64,000 nucleotides of DNA, taken from contig DATAXG010000099.1 of assembly GCA_036273055.1 (NCBI GenBank), forward strand, positions 1,503 to 65,502, given 5' to 3'. The translations under genes were made by a program, and so were the position numbers. This DNA is from Acidimicrobiales bacterium (lineage in GTDB: Bacteria > Actinomycetota > Acidimicrobiia > Acidimicrobiales > RAAP-2). A model generated the notes under the pieces. It made no database searches. It had not been told where the DNA came from and was given only the letters and a program-made list of their open reading frames with translations. Shown in pieces: positions 9,606 through 18,869 of the stretch. Within the stretch, counting starts at the first letter, position 1; the number at the start of each line of letters is the position of its first letter.

Positions 9606-10864
9606 GTGCACGACCCGCCGGCGTCCGCATCGAAGACCTGGTCGTGCCGCGCTACAGCGACGAGGCGCGGGCCATGCTCGACTTCATGGAGGAGGCCGGA
9701 GCGCAGCTCACCCTCGAGCCGGCGGAGCTCATGGCGACCGCGCGCGCCGAGACCGGGTTACAGGACTTCGGAGCCGACGACTTCGTGGAGCGGCTCGGGA
9801 TCCTCTGCGCCGCCATGCGCGACGAGGGTGGCTTCAACGGTGCCGGCATCATGCAGCAACACCTCTTCATTCTCGGCCTGTTGAAGAACCGGTTGCTGAT
9901 TCAGGACCTCCTCGAGCGGCACCCCGAGATCCTCGACGAGCAGATCGTCGCTCCGATAATCATCTGCGGGCTGCCGCGCACCGGGACCACGCATCTGCAC
10001 AACCTCATGTCGGCCGACCCCGCCCTGCGGTCGCTCCCCTACTGGGAGAGCCTCGAACCAGTGCTCCCGCCGCATGAGGTCCCGGCACCGGGTGCCCCCG
10101 ACCCGCGCCTGGAGCGCACCGAGATCGCGCTCTCCTTCCTCAACACGGCCCTGCCCTACTTCAACCGCATGCACGAGATGACGGTCGAGCACACCCACGA
10201 GGAGATCCAACTGCTCGCCGTCGACTTCTCCACCATGCTCTTCGAGACGACGGCACCCATGCCGTCCTGGCGCGACGCCTACCTCGCACGCGACCAGCGC
10301 CCCAGCTACGCCTACCTCCTCACGGTCCTCAAGGTCCTGCAGTGGCTCCGCGGCGGCACGCGCTGGGTGCTCAAGACACCCCAGCACCTCGAGCAGTTCC
10401 CGGCGCTGGTCGACACCTTCCCCGACGCCACGTTCGTGGTGACCCACCGCGACCCGGTATCGGTCACCGCGTCCATGGTGACGATGATCGCCTACACGGC
10501 CCGCCTCACCCGGGACCGGGTCGACGTCGAGGGCATGGGCGCCTACTGGGCGGATCGACTCGAGCGCATGCTGCGCCGTTGCACCGAGGAGCGCGACGCC
10601 CTCCCGGCCGACCGTACCATCGACGTGCGCTTCGACGAGTTCATGGCCGACGACCTCGCCATGGTCGCGCGTGTCTACGACCTGGCCGGCCAGCCCCTCG
10701 ACCGGCGCGCCACCGAGTCAATGGCGTCATTCATGGACACGCACCCGCGCGGCCGCTTCGGGGCGGTCACCTACGACCTGGCCGAGTTCGGCCTCGACGG
10801 CGCCGAGCTGCGCAAGGCCCTCGCCTTCTACACCGAGCGCTTCGGGGTGACGGCCGAACCCTGA
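9602..10864 (+). CDS. sulfotransferase family protein
   Basis: Start ATG 9602 overlaps the upstream TGA (ATGA). GLPRTGTTHLHNLM is a 5'-PSB (PAPS-binding) loop, and VVTHRDPVSVTASM is a 3'-PB-like motif. The track ORF 9161..10864 is over-extended. Confidence 0.75.
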   Translation: MSARPAGVRIEDLVVPRYSDEARAMLDFMEEAGAQLTLEPAELMATARAETGLQDFGADDFVERLGILCAAMRDEGGFNGAGIMQQHLFILGLLKNRLLIQDLLERHPEILDEQIVAPIIICGLPRTGTTHLHNLMSADPALRSLPYWESLEPVLPPHEVPAPGAPDPRLERTEIALSFLNTALPYFNRMHEMTVEHTHEEIQLLAVDFSTMLFETTAPMPSWRDAYLARDQRPSYAYLLTVLKVLQWLRGGTRWVLKTPQHLEQFPALVDTFPDATFVVTHRDPVSVTASMVTMIAYTARLTRDRVDVEGMGAYWADRLERMLRRCTEERDALPADRTIDVRFDEFMADDLAMVARVYDLAGQPLDRRATESMASFMDTHPRGRFGAVTYDLAEFGLDGAELRKALAFYTERFGVTAEP

Positions 10865-10871
10865 CCCCGGT

Positions 10872-11312
10872 TCATCGGACGACGGAGCGGCGGAGCCGGC
10901 CCGAGCGCCGCGCCACGTGGACGCACAGGGAGGCCAACAACACGAGGGCCGAGAGAACGTGCCACCCGATGTTGCGGAAGGGGATGCCCACCGAGCGGGG
11001 GTGGAGGATGACCTGCGTGCCCGAGAGCAGGTCCCAGATCCCCGACACCAGCACGTTGACGGTGAGAAGGGCAAGGAGGGTGTCCGACCACGCCAGCCGA
11101 CCGCGACGGGCCGCCCACGAACGCGCACGGCCGAGGTTCCCGAGCAGCCGCATGACCGTGTGGCGGCGCTGCGCCACGTGCACGACCACCAGGGCGACGA
11201 AGGCCAGGCCCATGACGAGGTGCAGCGTGCCCTCGGTGATCAGCGTGACGGTGGCCAAGGAGGCCGCAAAGCTGGCCAGCAGGAGGAGGTGGACGAGCCA
11301 ACGGACTTGCAT
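10872..11312 (-). CDS. small integral membrane protein (4 predicted helices, His-rich)
   Basis: Start chosen at MQVRWLVHLLLLASF (ATG 11312). Hydrophobic helices follow. It is the last gene of the PadR-ABC operon. Confidence 0.5.
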   Translation of the reverse strand: MQVRWLVHLLLLASFAASLATVTLITEGTLHLVMGLAFVALVVVHVAQRRHTVMRLLGNLGRARSWAARRGRLAWSDTLLALLTVNVLVSGIWDLLSGTQVILHPRSVGIPFRNIGWHVLSALVLLASLCVHVARRSGRLRRSVVR

Positions 11313-11410
11313 CTGGCGGCGCTGCTGCACCGCATTCCCCGAGCGTGTCGCAGGCGCGCCCCCAGGGAGGTCACCCGTCGAGTGCGTGGCCGCGCGGCTG
11401 ACCACCTGAC

Positions 11411-13984
11411 CTACTCCACCGGCCGGGTACCGATGCCGCGTGGCTCCCGCCCTGCCAGCACCCAGCCGATGAGGACGGCGGCGACCGGCATGGCGATGAG
11501 AATGAAGACGAGATTGTCCCACGGCACGTGATTTATGATGTCCGACACGCCACCTTCCTGCGCGTTCGAGCGGAACCATCCGAAGAGGCCGACGTAGGCG
11601 GCCAACGTGCCGAGCAGCGCACCCAGGAAGGCCAGGCCGCCCGCCGTCACGGCCGTCAGGCTGCGTCGGGTGCGCGAGCTTGCGCCCGTGGCGGTGAGCG
11701 TGCGCAGCTCGTTCGCCGTCTCGCTCCGGATGAGCCCCACGCTCATGGCCAGGACCCCGAGCGCCAACGCGATGCCGAATACAGTCGCCCAGTTCACGAT
11801 CTCGGCCGATGTCGGCGCGTCGTTATTCGACTCGATGCTCAGGTCGCCGGCGGCCGCCAGCGAGTTGGCGCTGGTCAGCTGGGCCTCCGTGATCGGGCTG
11901 TTGGCCAGGATCGTCCAGCCACCGAGGCTGTTCTGGCTGGCGACATGCAGCCGATGCAACGCGCTCTCGGTGATCACGGTGTTCGGTGACGACGTGCCGA
12001 TGGGAAGCTGGCTCTCCTCTTGGACCACGGGATGGGCCAGGCACTGGTTGGGCGTGCACTGGTTGGAATTGTTGCCGCCGGCGCCGAGGCCCTGGAAGCC
12101 GTCGCCACCCTTCCCACCCCCGCCGAAGGTCAGCTGCACACCCGACCCGGCCAGTCCGGGGCGCGCGCTGAGGATGTCGACGTCGGAGGGGATGGAGGAA
12201 GAGTTGATGCCGTAGGCCCGCAGGAGGGCCGGCGTCGCCACGTAGATCGGGCCGTCCCACTGCCGGCCCGACGAGCTCGGGTTCTGCAGGCCGACGGCAG
12301 CGTTGACAAGTTCGACCACGTCGTTGGCCCCGACGGCCGCGGCGATGGCATGCGCGGTGGCCGCCTGCGCGGAGAGGCTCGGGGGGGCCGGCGCAGTCTC
12401 CGTCTGGGGCCCGTTCTGCCCCGGCGAGAAGAGCTCGGTGCCGGCGGCGGGTGGGGTGTACACGTTGATCGTGTTGGCCGCCATGTTCGGTCCGACGAAG
12501 TCGAAGACATTGGAGTAGCGGGCGACGGCGACGGCGCAGATGATGACGGCGATCATGATGCCGAAGCTGATGGCGGAGAGGGCGGAGCCCGAGCGGGCCC
12601 GGTAGCGCGCCATGTCGCGCAGGGGCAGGCGGATAGCGATGGGCGATCGGCCACCCACTCGGGCCAGCAGGGCAAGAAAGAACGGCGACACGAGGATGAT
12701 CCCGACGATCAAGGCGATGAGCCCCGGGACCAGCCAGATGACGCCGCCGCCGTTCCCCGAGGCGCCGGAGACCGAGAACAGGAAGAACCCGATGACCAGC
12801 GCGACCACGCCGGGGACGAGCGAGCGATGGATCTGGCGCGGTGGTGCGGGACGCCCGGCGAGCGCACTGACCACCGGCACGCGAGTGATGGCGCGCGCCG
12901 GATAGCCGGCGGCGAAGAACGTGGCGACGACCGCCAGCACCATGGCCGGCACGACCACGACCCAGGGCAGTGCGAACGTGCCGATGACGTGATGCGCGCT
13001 CTGCTCGTTGTGCGGTCGGTAGGCCAACCAGAGGCCCAGGCCCAATGCGAAGCCGACGAGGGCACCGATGAATCCCACGATGACACCGTTGGCCTCCAGG
13101 ACCAGCCGGACATTGCGGTCGGTCGCCCCCATGGACTCGACCATGCCGAGGGAGCGCATGCGCCGCTGCGCCAGCACGGTGAAGCCGCCGATCGACACCA
13201 GGGCGATGAGGAGCATGCCCACGGTCGCCAGCGCCAGGATGATGGTCTCTGGGCCGATGATGTTGTTGTTGTTCGCCCCGGGCGTGGTGACGTAGGTGGG
13301 CAGGCTCTTGGCCGCCGACGGGGACGCGTCGAAGAGGACGTTCACCTGGTTCGGGTGCGCCACCTGTCCCGGCGGGACGAGGGCGAACTCGTCCAGCAGG
13401 CTCTGGGGGTTCTCCACGATGCCGACGACGGTCTTGCCGCCGAGGGGCCAGGCGTCGCCGACGCTCAGGTTGAGCTCGGAAGCCAGCTTGGGGGTCAGCG
13501 CGATCTGATCGGCCCCGGTGGGGTAGCTCCCGGACAGCAGCTGCAGCATCGGCCCGCCGTAGGGGCCGTCCGGGTCCTGGGAACGGAGCTGGTACGTCTG
13601 GGTCGACCCGGGGACGCTGAAGGTCTCGTTGGCGATGATCTGCACCCGGCCAAAGCGATGCTCCAGTAGGGCGGTCTGCGCCGCGACGTAGGACGGGCTG
13701 TCGGTCCCCGACTTGGCCGTGGGCGTCAGGTTGAAGGTGGCGAGATCGTGCGCGGTGCCGAACCCGGCGTTGGCCGGCGGTGGGGTGTTGACCGCCACCG
13801 CGGAGCCGACGACGGTGGCGGCCACCGCCACCACAATGAGGAGGAGGATCAGGAACTGCTGGCGCCACTCCCGCTTGAAGAGCCGCCAGGACCAGCGCAG
13901 CATGGCCCGGCGGGCCGGGACACCACCGCTGCTCGGCCGCTCCACCGAGTCGAGCGACGGTCGTTCGAGGACGTCGACGCTCAT
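11411..13984 (-). CDS. ABC transporter permease, double FtsX-domain (MacB-like)
   Basis: About 857 aa from MSVDVLERP (ATG 13984, ATGA overlap with the ATPase stop). Two blocks of 4 TM helices are each preceded by a large extracytoplasmic domain. Confidence 0.8.
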   Translation of the reverse strand: MSVDVLERPSLDSVERPSSGGVPARRAMLRWSWRLFKREWRQQFLILLLIVVAVAATVVGSAVAVNTPPPANAGFGTAHDLATFNLTPTAKSGTDSPSYVAAQTALLEHRFGRVQIIANETFSVPGSTQTYQLRSQDPDGPYGGPMLQLLSGSYPTGADQIALTPKLASELNLSVGDAWPLGGKTVVGIVENPQSLLDEFALVPPGQVAHPNQVNVLFDASPSAAKSLPTYVTTPGANNNNIIGPETIILALATVGMLLIALVSIGGFTVLAQRRMRSLGMVESMGATDRNVRLVLEANGVIVGFIGALVGFALGLGLWLAYRPHNEQSAHHVIGTFALPWVVVVPAMVLAVVATFFAAGYPARAITRVPVVSALAGRPAPPRQIHRSLVPGVVALVIGFFLFSVSGASGNGGGVIWLVPGLIALIVGIILVSPFFLALLARVGGRSPIAIRLPLRDMARYRARSGSALSAISFGIMIAVIICAVAVARYSNVFDFVGPNMAANTINVYTPPAAGTELFSPGQNGPQTETAPAPPSLSAQAATAHAIAAAVGANDVVELVNAAVGLQNPSSSGRQWDGPIYVATPALLRAYGINSSSIPSDVDILSARPGLAGSGVQLTFGGGGKGGDGFQGLGAGGNNSNQCTPNQCLAHPVVQEESQLPIGTSSPNTVITESALHRLHVASQNSLGGWTILANSPITEAQLTSANSLAAAGDLSIESNNDAPTSAEIVNWATVFGIALALGVLAMSVGLIRSETANELRTLTATGASSRTRRSLTAVTAGGLAFLGALLGTLAAYVGLFGWFRSNAQEGGVSDIINHVPWDNLVFILIAMPVAAVLIGWVLAGREPRGIGTRPVE

Positions 13985-14703
13985 CGGTTGGGGACGTCGG
14001 CGAGGAACGCTTCGGGACTGTCCGTCGGCAGCGTCTGATCGACGATGCGCCCGTCGCGCAGGAAGATCACGCGGTCGGCCCACGAGGCCAATTGCGCGTC
14101 GTGGGTCACCACGACGGCCGCCAGGCCGCGGCGGCACGCAGCCAGGATCAGTCGCATCACGCTCTCGGCGTTGGTCGAGTCGAGCGCGCCGGAAGGCTCG
14201 TCCGCCAGCAGCAGCCGGCGCCCGCCGACCACGGCACGGGCGATGGCCACCCGCTGGCGCTCACCACCCGAGAGCTGATCCGGGTAGTGCGAGCCCCGGT
14301 CTCCCAGCCCGAAGTCGTCGAGCGTCTCCATGGCCACCGCCTGCGCCTTGCGGGCCGCCACGCCGTCGAGCTCGAGCGGCAAGGAGACATTCTCCAGCGC
14401 GCTCAGCCCGGCCAACAGGTTGTAGTCCTGGAACACGTATCCGATGGACTGGCGCCGGAGCTGCGCCTTGGCGTTGCGCGACAGCGACGACAGCGCCCGC
14501 CCGCCGACGTAGACCTCGCCGCTGCTGGCGTCCTCCAGGCTGCCGGCGATGGTCAACAGCGTGCTCTTGCCCGAACCACTGGCGCCCATGACTGCCACCA
14601 GGGAACCGGACTCGACGGAGAGGTCGATCCTCTGGAGCGCCCGGACTTCGGTGGCCCCGTCTCCATAGACCTTGGAGATGTCGCGTAGCTCGAGGTAGCT
14701 CAT
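13981..14703 (-). CDS. ABC transporter ATP-binding protein (MacB/LolD-like)
   Basis: MSYLELRDISKVYGDG..., Walker A GASGSGKST, signature LSGGERQRVAIARA, Walker B LLLADEPSGALD. ATGA overlap with the PadR stop. Confidence 0.9.
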   Translation of the reverse strand: MSYLELRDISKVYGDGATEVRALQRIDLSVESGSLVAVMGASGSGKSTLLTIAGSLEDASSGEVYVGGRALSSLSRNAKAQLRRQSIGYVFQDYNLLAGLSALENVSLPLELDGVAARKAQAVAMETLDDFGLGDRGSHYPDQLSGGERQRVAIARAVVGGRRLLLADEPSGALDSTNAESVMRLILAACRRGLAAVVVTHDAQLASWADRVIFLRDGRIVDQTLPTDSPEAFLADVPNR

Positions 14704-15287
14704 TCGGGGGCTCCCACCTTGCGTCGGGCCTTGGGGAGGGGGAACGACAGTGGGGCCGGCGCATCGTCGCCCGCCGCCGCTCTCTTGAGACGTCCATCGG
14801 CCGTGTCCAGCCACCGGATCAGCGAGTCCAGCCGGAAGAGCTCGGCGTCGACCACCAGCGCGAAATTGAGGTCGAGGCGGGCTTCATCCTCCTTGAGACG
14901 CGTCCACTGCTGCATCAGCTCGACGAGGTAGCGGCGGTGCACCTGGATCACCTCGGACACGTCGACCCCGGGCAGACCGAGTGCGACCAGCACCTTGATC
15001 ACGAGCTCGTCACGGGGCGGCGACGAGAAGTCCGGCGGGGTCCGCAGCCACTGGGAGAGCTCGTCCGCACCCTCCTGGGTGATGTGGAAGCCCTTCTGCG
15101 GGCCCTCCTCGACCGCATCGTCGGACTCGACCAGACCGTCACGCTCCAGGCGCTGCAAGGTCGTGTACACCTGCCCGACGTTGAGCGGCCAGACCTCACC
15201 GGTCCGGGCCTCGAATTCCTGCCGCAGTTGCAGCCCGTACTTCGGCCCCTCGCTCAACAGGGCCAACAGGGCGTGACGGACGCTCAT
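14700..15287 (-). CDS. PadR family transcriptional regulator
   Basis: MSVRHALLALLSEGPKYGLQLRQEFEARTGEVWPLNVGQVYTTLQRLERDGLV is a typical PadR winged helix, followed by a C-terminal dimerisation domain. Confidence 0.85.
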   Translation of the reverse strand: MSVRHALLALLSEGPKYGLQLRQEFEARTGEVWPLNVGQVYTTLQRLERDGLVESDDAVEEGPQKGFHITQEGADELSQWLRTPPDFSSPPRDELVIKVLVALGLPGVDVSEVIQVHRRYLVELMQQWTRLKEDEARLDLNFALVVDAELFRLDSLIRWLDTADGRLKRAAAGDDAPAPLSFPLPKARRKVGAPE

Positions 15288-15303
15288 GAATGCTCGATTC
15301 GAA

Positions 15304-15324
15304 GTAGCATACTGAGTATTCTAC
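15304..15324. promoter_or_regulatory. 21-bp imperfect palindrome, candidate PadR operator
   Basis: GTAGCATACT-G-AGTATTCTAC (9 of 10 arm positions complementary), 17 bp upstream of the PadR ATG in an AT-richer stretch. Confidence 0.55.
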
Positions 15325-15386
15325 TCCTGCGACGCCGCCGCTGGCAAGGGGGTTGACCTGCGGTCTTCGGCCCCGCCCGGCTCGGC

Positions 15387-15899
15387 TTATGTCGCCGGCA
15401 GCGGAGCGCCCGTCTCCAGGAGCGTCTTGAGGCTCGACAGGACGGCGGGCCAGCCCTCTGCAATGGCGGGGAGCACCCGGCTCCCTCGGTCGAAGCCGTC
15501 ATGGGTCACGGTCAGCTGCACCACGCCCAGGTCCCGCTCCTCGATGTCGAAGGCCACCTTCGAGCGCGGCTCGGCCCGCTACGCCGCCGCGGTCTCCTCG
15601 TCGAGGCCCACGAGCGTCGCCCATTCGGGCGTGAAGGTGTGCCAGGTATAGGCGAGGCGCCGGGGCGGATCGGCCTCGAGAATCACCTGCTCGGGGTCGC
15701 TGACCACGAGGCCCACGTCCTCGTGGACCAGGTCCCAAGTCGTTCCCTTCCGCCACTCGGAGGGGAACGACTTGCCGCCCAGGGTGACGTGCCGCCAGTA
15801 GCGCCGGGTCAGCGCAGGTTCGGTCAAGCCCCGCCAGACACGCTCGGGCGCCGCCTCGATGTAGATGCGGTACCTGAAGCTCGTCTCGTTGCGCATCAT
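15387..15899 (-). pseudogene. SRPBCC/AHSA1-type (START-like) protein, in-frame TAG at a conserved Trp
   Basis: MMRNETSFRYRIYIEAAPERVWRGLTEPALTRRYWRH...YTWHTFTPEWATLVGLDEETAAA-TAG(15579..15581)-RAEPRSKVAFDIEERDLGVVQLTVTHDGF...LKTLLETGAPLPAT-TAA (15387). The upstream paralogue has W (EETAASWRAESRSKVAFDIEE) at the TAG position. Confidence 0.7.
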
Positions 15900-16735
15900 C
15901 ACGCGCCCGGGAGCGACGAACCGGTCTCGAGCAGCGTCTTGAGACTGGCGATGACGGCGGGCCAGCCGCCCCGGACACCATCGAGCACGGCGCTGCCGGG
16001 CGCGAAGCCGTCGTGCACGACGGTCAGCTTCACCACGCCCTCCCCCGCTTCCTCGATGTCGAACGCCACCTTGGAACGGGACTCCGCCCGCCACGAGGCG
16101 GCCGTCTCTTCGTCGACGCCGTGTGCGGCGGCCCACTCCGGGGTGAAGGTGTGCCAGGTGTAGGCGAGGCGCCGGTAGGGATCGGACTCCAGAATGACCT
16201 GCTCCGCGTCACTGACCACGAGCCCCACCTGGTCGTAGGCGACGTCGTAGGCCGAGCCCTTCCGCCAGTCCGTGCGGTACGCCACTCCGCCCGACTCCGG
16301 GTGGCGCCAGTAGCGCGCCGTGAAGGCCGGGTCGGTCAGCCCCTGCCACACCCGCTCGGCCGTGGCGTTGATGTAGGTCGTGTAGACGAACGTGGTCTCA
16401 ATGCTTTTCTGCTCCATGGGGGTGGCCTCCAGTGCCGTCTTGAGATCGGTGAGGGCCTCGGCCCGCGCCCGGTCGTAGTGGTGGATCCAGCGGTCGGCGA
16501 TGTCGTTGATGGGGGCGGCGTTGAGGAAGTGCAGCTTCTCCCTCCCCCGGCGCGCCGTGGTCACCAACCCGGCCTCCTCCAACACGTCGAGGTGCTTGGA
16601 GACCGACTGCCGGGTCATGCCCATGTCCGCGCCGAGCTCGCTGAGGGTGAGCCCGTTGCGCTCGTTGAGCTTGTCCAGCAGGCGCCGCCGGGCCGGGTCG
16701 CTCAACGCCCGAAAGACCGCATCCATCTCCTGCAT
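15899..16735 (-). CDS. ArsR/SmtB-family HTH regulator fused to an SRPBCC/AHSA1 domain
   Basis: N-terminus MQEMDAVFRALSDPARRRLLDKLNERNGLTLSELGADMGMTRQSVSKHLDVLEEAGLV (ArsR wHTH). C-terminal half is START-like (ERVWQGLTDPAFTARYWRH...). The track start at TTG 16762 is probably over-extended; ATG 16735 is preferred. Confidence 0.8.
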   Translation of the reverse strand: MQEMDAVFRALSDPARRRLLDKLNERNGLTLSELGADMGMTRQSVSKHLDVLEEAGLVTTARRGREKLHFLNAAPINDIADRWIHHYDRARAEALTDLKTALEATPMEQKSIETTFVYTTYINATAERVWQGLTDPAFTARYWRHPESGGVAYRTDWRKGSAYDVAYDQVGLVVSDAEQVILESDPYRRLAYTWHTFTPEWAAAHGVDEETAASWRAESRSKVAFDIEEAGEGVVKLTVVHDGFAPGSAVLDGVRGGWPAVIASLKTLLETGSSLPGA

Positions 16736-16756
16736 CGCACCGTCCGCTCGGTATTC

Positions 16757-16776
16757 ATGCAACCTGCTGGTTGCAT
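16757..16776. promoter_or_regulatory. 20-bp palindrome, candidate ArsR-type operator
   Basis: ATGCAACC-tgct-GGTTGCAT with perfect 8-bp arms, 22 bp upstream of ATG 16735. A third GGTTGCAT half-site lies at 16799..16806. Confidence 0.55.
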
Positions 16777-16833
16777 ATCCCCACTAAAGCAGCCAGATGG
16801 TTGCATGTCAAGTCGGAAAGAGGTGGTCTCCCC

Positions 16834-18018
16834 CTAGGAGGCAGGCTGCCAGGCCCGGACCCAGTCGACCTGGGTGGTGGCCGGCAGTTCCGTCACCCCT
16901 GGCGTGAAGGCGTTGGTGCCGACGCCGAGGGCCTGGGTCAGTGCGATGAAGAACGGCTGGTTGAACGGTTCGCTCCCCGTCGTGGGCGTATCGACGAGAC
17001 AGGGCCTGCCGTTGTACAACACGGTGATGGAGGTGGGTGTCCAGTCCACGCCGTACGTGTTGAAAGCGTTCTGGTTGATGACGCAGTCGTAGGCCGTTGC
17101 GTTGAGGTCGGTCGACGACTGCGCGTAGTGGATGTAGGGCACATCGAGCCCGGGGAACTGACTGTAGAACTCGGCGAAGTCAATCTCTCCCGAGGCCGGC
17201 CAGGGGCCGTAGGTCAGGGCCTGCGGGTACAGCCAGAACGTCTCCTGCAGGCCCTGAACCACGGACGGAGGGAGCTTGGCGCTGACCTCGTATGCGCCGT
17301 AGGTCTGGTCGAAGAGACCCGACGTCGACACCATGCCCGCCTCGTAGCTCGTGGTGAACGTGTTGCTCCCGTCCTGGCACGTGAAGGGCGCCACCTGGCG
17401 CGCTGTCAGATTCAGGTCGCCGCCCGAGACGGAGATGGTGTCAGGGCCGTTGACGTAGCAGGCCGTCGCCCCGTTGACGTACCCGCTGGCCGCGGTGTCC
17501 TGGGGCAGCCAGTTGTTCGTGTTGAGCGTCGTGCCGTTGAACTCGTCGTCGAAGGTGCAGTTCCATGTGCCGGGCAGGCCGAGCGGCGTGGTCCCCTGGC
17601 AGCCCGAGGCGGCCGTCGACAGGGTCGTCGACGTCGAGCCCGAGGCCGGCTGCTTGCCGTAGACCCTTTCGGGCGCGGCGAGCTGCGAGGTGCCGGCAGA
17701 GGCTGCCGACGATTTCGATGCGGTCGTCGACGTCGAGGGCGATGCCGAGCTGTGGCCCGGCTGGTTGACGCCGCTCCCCTCGGGCGGCGGAGCGAGGCGG
17801 GCGGCGACGGCCGGTGCCACCGTCGACGTTGTCGACGGCGTCGTGGGCGCTGGTTGCCCCTCTCTGAGGTTCTCGGGAGCGAGGGCGAGACGCGACGCGC
17901 TGGCCAGCGACCCGGTGTCGGGCGCTGCCACCATCAAGAGCGTGACCACTGCCGCCGCAGTCGCGCTGAATATGCACGCGCGCCGAGCGTTCCGACGCGC
18001 TCCCACCAGCCTGCGCAT
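16834..18018 (-). CDS. secreted glycoside hydrolase family 16 (beta-glucanase/laminarinase-like)
   Basis: Signal peptide, Ser/Thr/Pro-rich linker, then FDDEFNG, GMVSTSGLF and GEIDFAE (the GH16 ExDxxE-type catalytic strand). Terminates with TAG. Confidence 0.8.
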   Translation of the reverse strand: MRRLVGARRNARRACIFSATAAAVVTLLMVAAPDTGSLASASRLALAPENLREGQPAPTTPSTTSTVAPAVAARLAPPPEGSGVNQPGHSSASPSTSTTASKSSAASAGTSQLAAPERVYGKQPASGSTSTTLSTAASGCQGTTPLGLPGTWNCTFDDEFNGTTLNTNNWLPQDTAASGYVNGATACYVNGPDTISVSGGDLNLTARQVAPFTCQDGSNTFTTSYEAGMVSTSGLFDQTYGAYEVSAKLPPSVVQGLQETFWLYPQALTYGPWPASGEIDFAEFYSQFPGLDVPYIHYAQSSTDLNATAYDCVINQNAFNTYGVDWTPTSITVLYNGRPCLVDTPTTGSEPFNQPFFIALTQALGVGTNAFTPGVTELPATTQVDWVRAWQPAS

Positions 18019-18228
18019 TGCAAATCCCCTCTAATTCCCGCCATACAGCCCTGCGGGAGGGATCTTGCCCAAGCGGTGGGAGGAATTTGCACTACGCGGC
18101 GACAATTGCCACCGCAGGTGCAGATCGCCACCGCGTTGCAACCGTGTGCGACTGCAACACGCCTATTTCGGTGCAACGGCAGGACGGCGGAGGTGGCACG
18201 TGCCGCGACGAGGCACCCGTTCCAGGCC

Positions 18229-18711
18229 TCAGAGCGCGGCGAGCACTTCCTCGGCCGAGCTGACGCTGAGGCCCGGACCGGGCTCTACGGCGAGCCAGCT
18301 GACCACGCCGTCGTCGATGATGGCGGCAAAGCGCTGCACTCGGGAGCCGAGACCGAAGCCGCTGCCGTCCATCACGAGCCCCAAAGCCTCGGCCAGCTCT
18401 CCGTTGCCGTCGGCCAACATCACCACGGTGTCACCGACGTTCTGGTCCTGCCCCCAGGCACCCATGACGAAGGGGTCGTTGACCGACACACACACGACGC
18501 GGTCGGCGCCCTTCGCCCGGAGCTCCTCGGCCCGCAGCACGAACCCGGGGAGGTGGTGATCCGAGCAGGTGGGCGTGAAGGCTCCCGGGACACCGAAGAG
18601 CACGACCTTGCCCTGGCCCAGGACCTCGGCCGACGTGGTCGCCTCGGGCCCCTTGTCGCCGAACGTGAAGACCTTCACCTCGGGCACCCGGTCACCCACT
18701 GCGATCGTCAT
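18229..18711 (-). CDS. peroxiredoxin (Prx5-like, AhpC/TSA fold)
   Basis: From MTIAVGDRVPEVKVFTF (ATG 18711, GAGGAGG SD). VVLFGVPGAFTPTCS contains the peroxidatic Cys motif. The track ORF is over-extended to 18882. Confidence 0.85.
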   Translation of the reverse strand: MTIAVGDRVPEVKVFTFGDKGPEATTSAEVLGQGKVVLFGVPGAFTPTCSDHHLPGFVLRAEELRAKGADRVVCVSVNDPFVMGAWGQDQNVGDTVVMLADGNGELAEALGLVMDGSGFGLGSRVQRFAAIIDDGVVSWLAVEPGPGLSVSSAEEVLAAL

Positions 18712-18869
18712 TCCTGCCTCCTCGTTCGTCGTGCGCTGGTCGTGGCCCAGGTTGCCATACGCCGCCGGTGACCCCCCAATCGTCCGCCACCCTCGAACGG
18801 TCACGAAGTTGTAACCTGCGCCGCGACAGAGCCGTAGCAGTGGGGATCGAGACTCAGGGGGGTTTTGCG

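Noticed and set aside
11823-13868. 681-aa minus-strand ORF and 549-aa plus-strand ORF (12020..13669)
   Set aside because: These are shadow frames of the FtsX permease gene. Composition is Arg/Pro/Gly/His-rich, with no motifs.
16771-18771. 666-aa plus-strand ORF
   Set aside because: It lies antisense to the GH16 and peroxiredoxin genes and is Arg/Gly-rich. It spans two real genes and their spacer.
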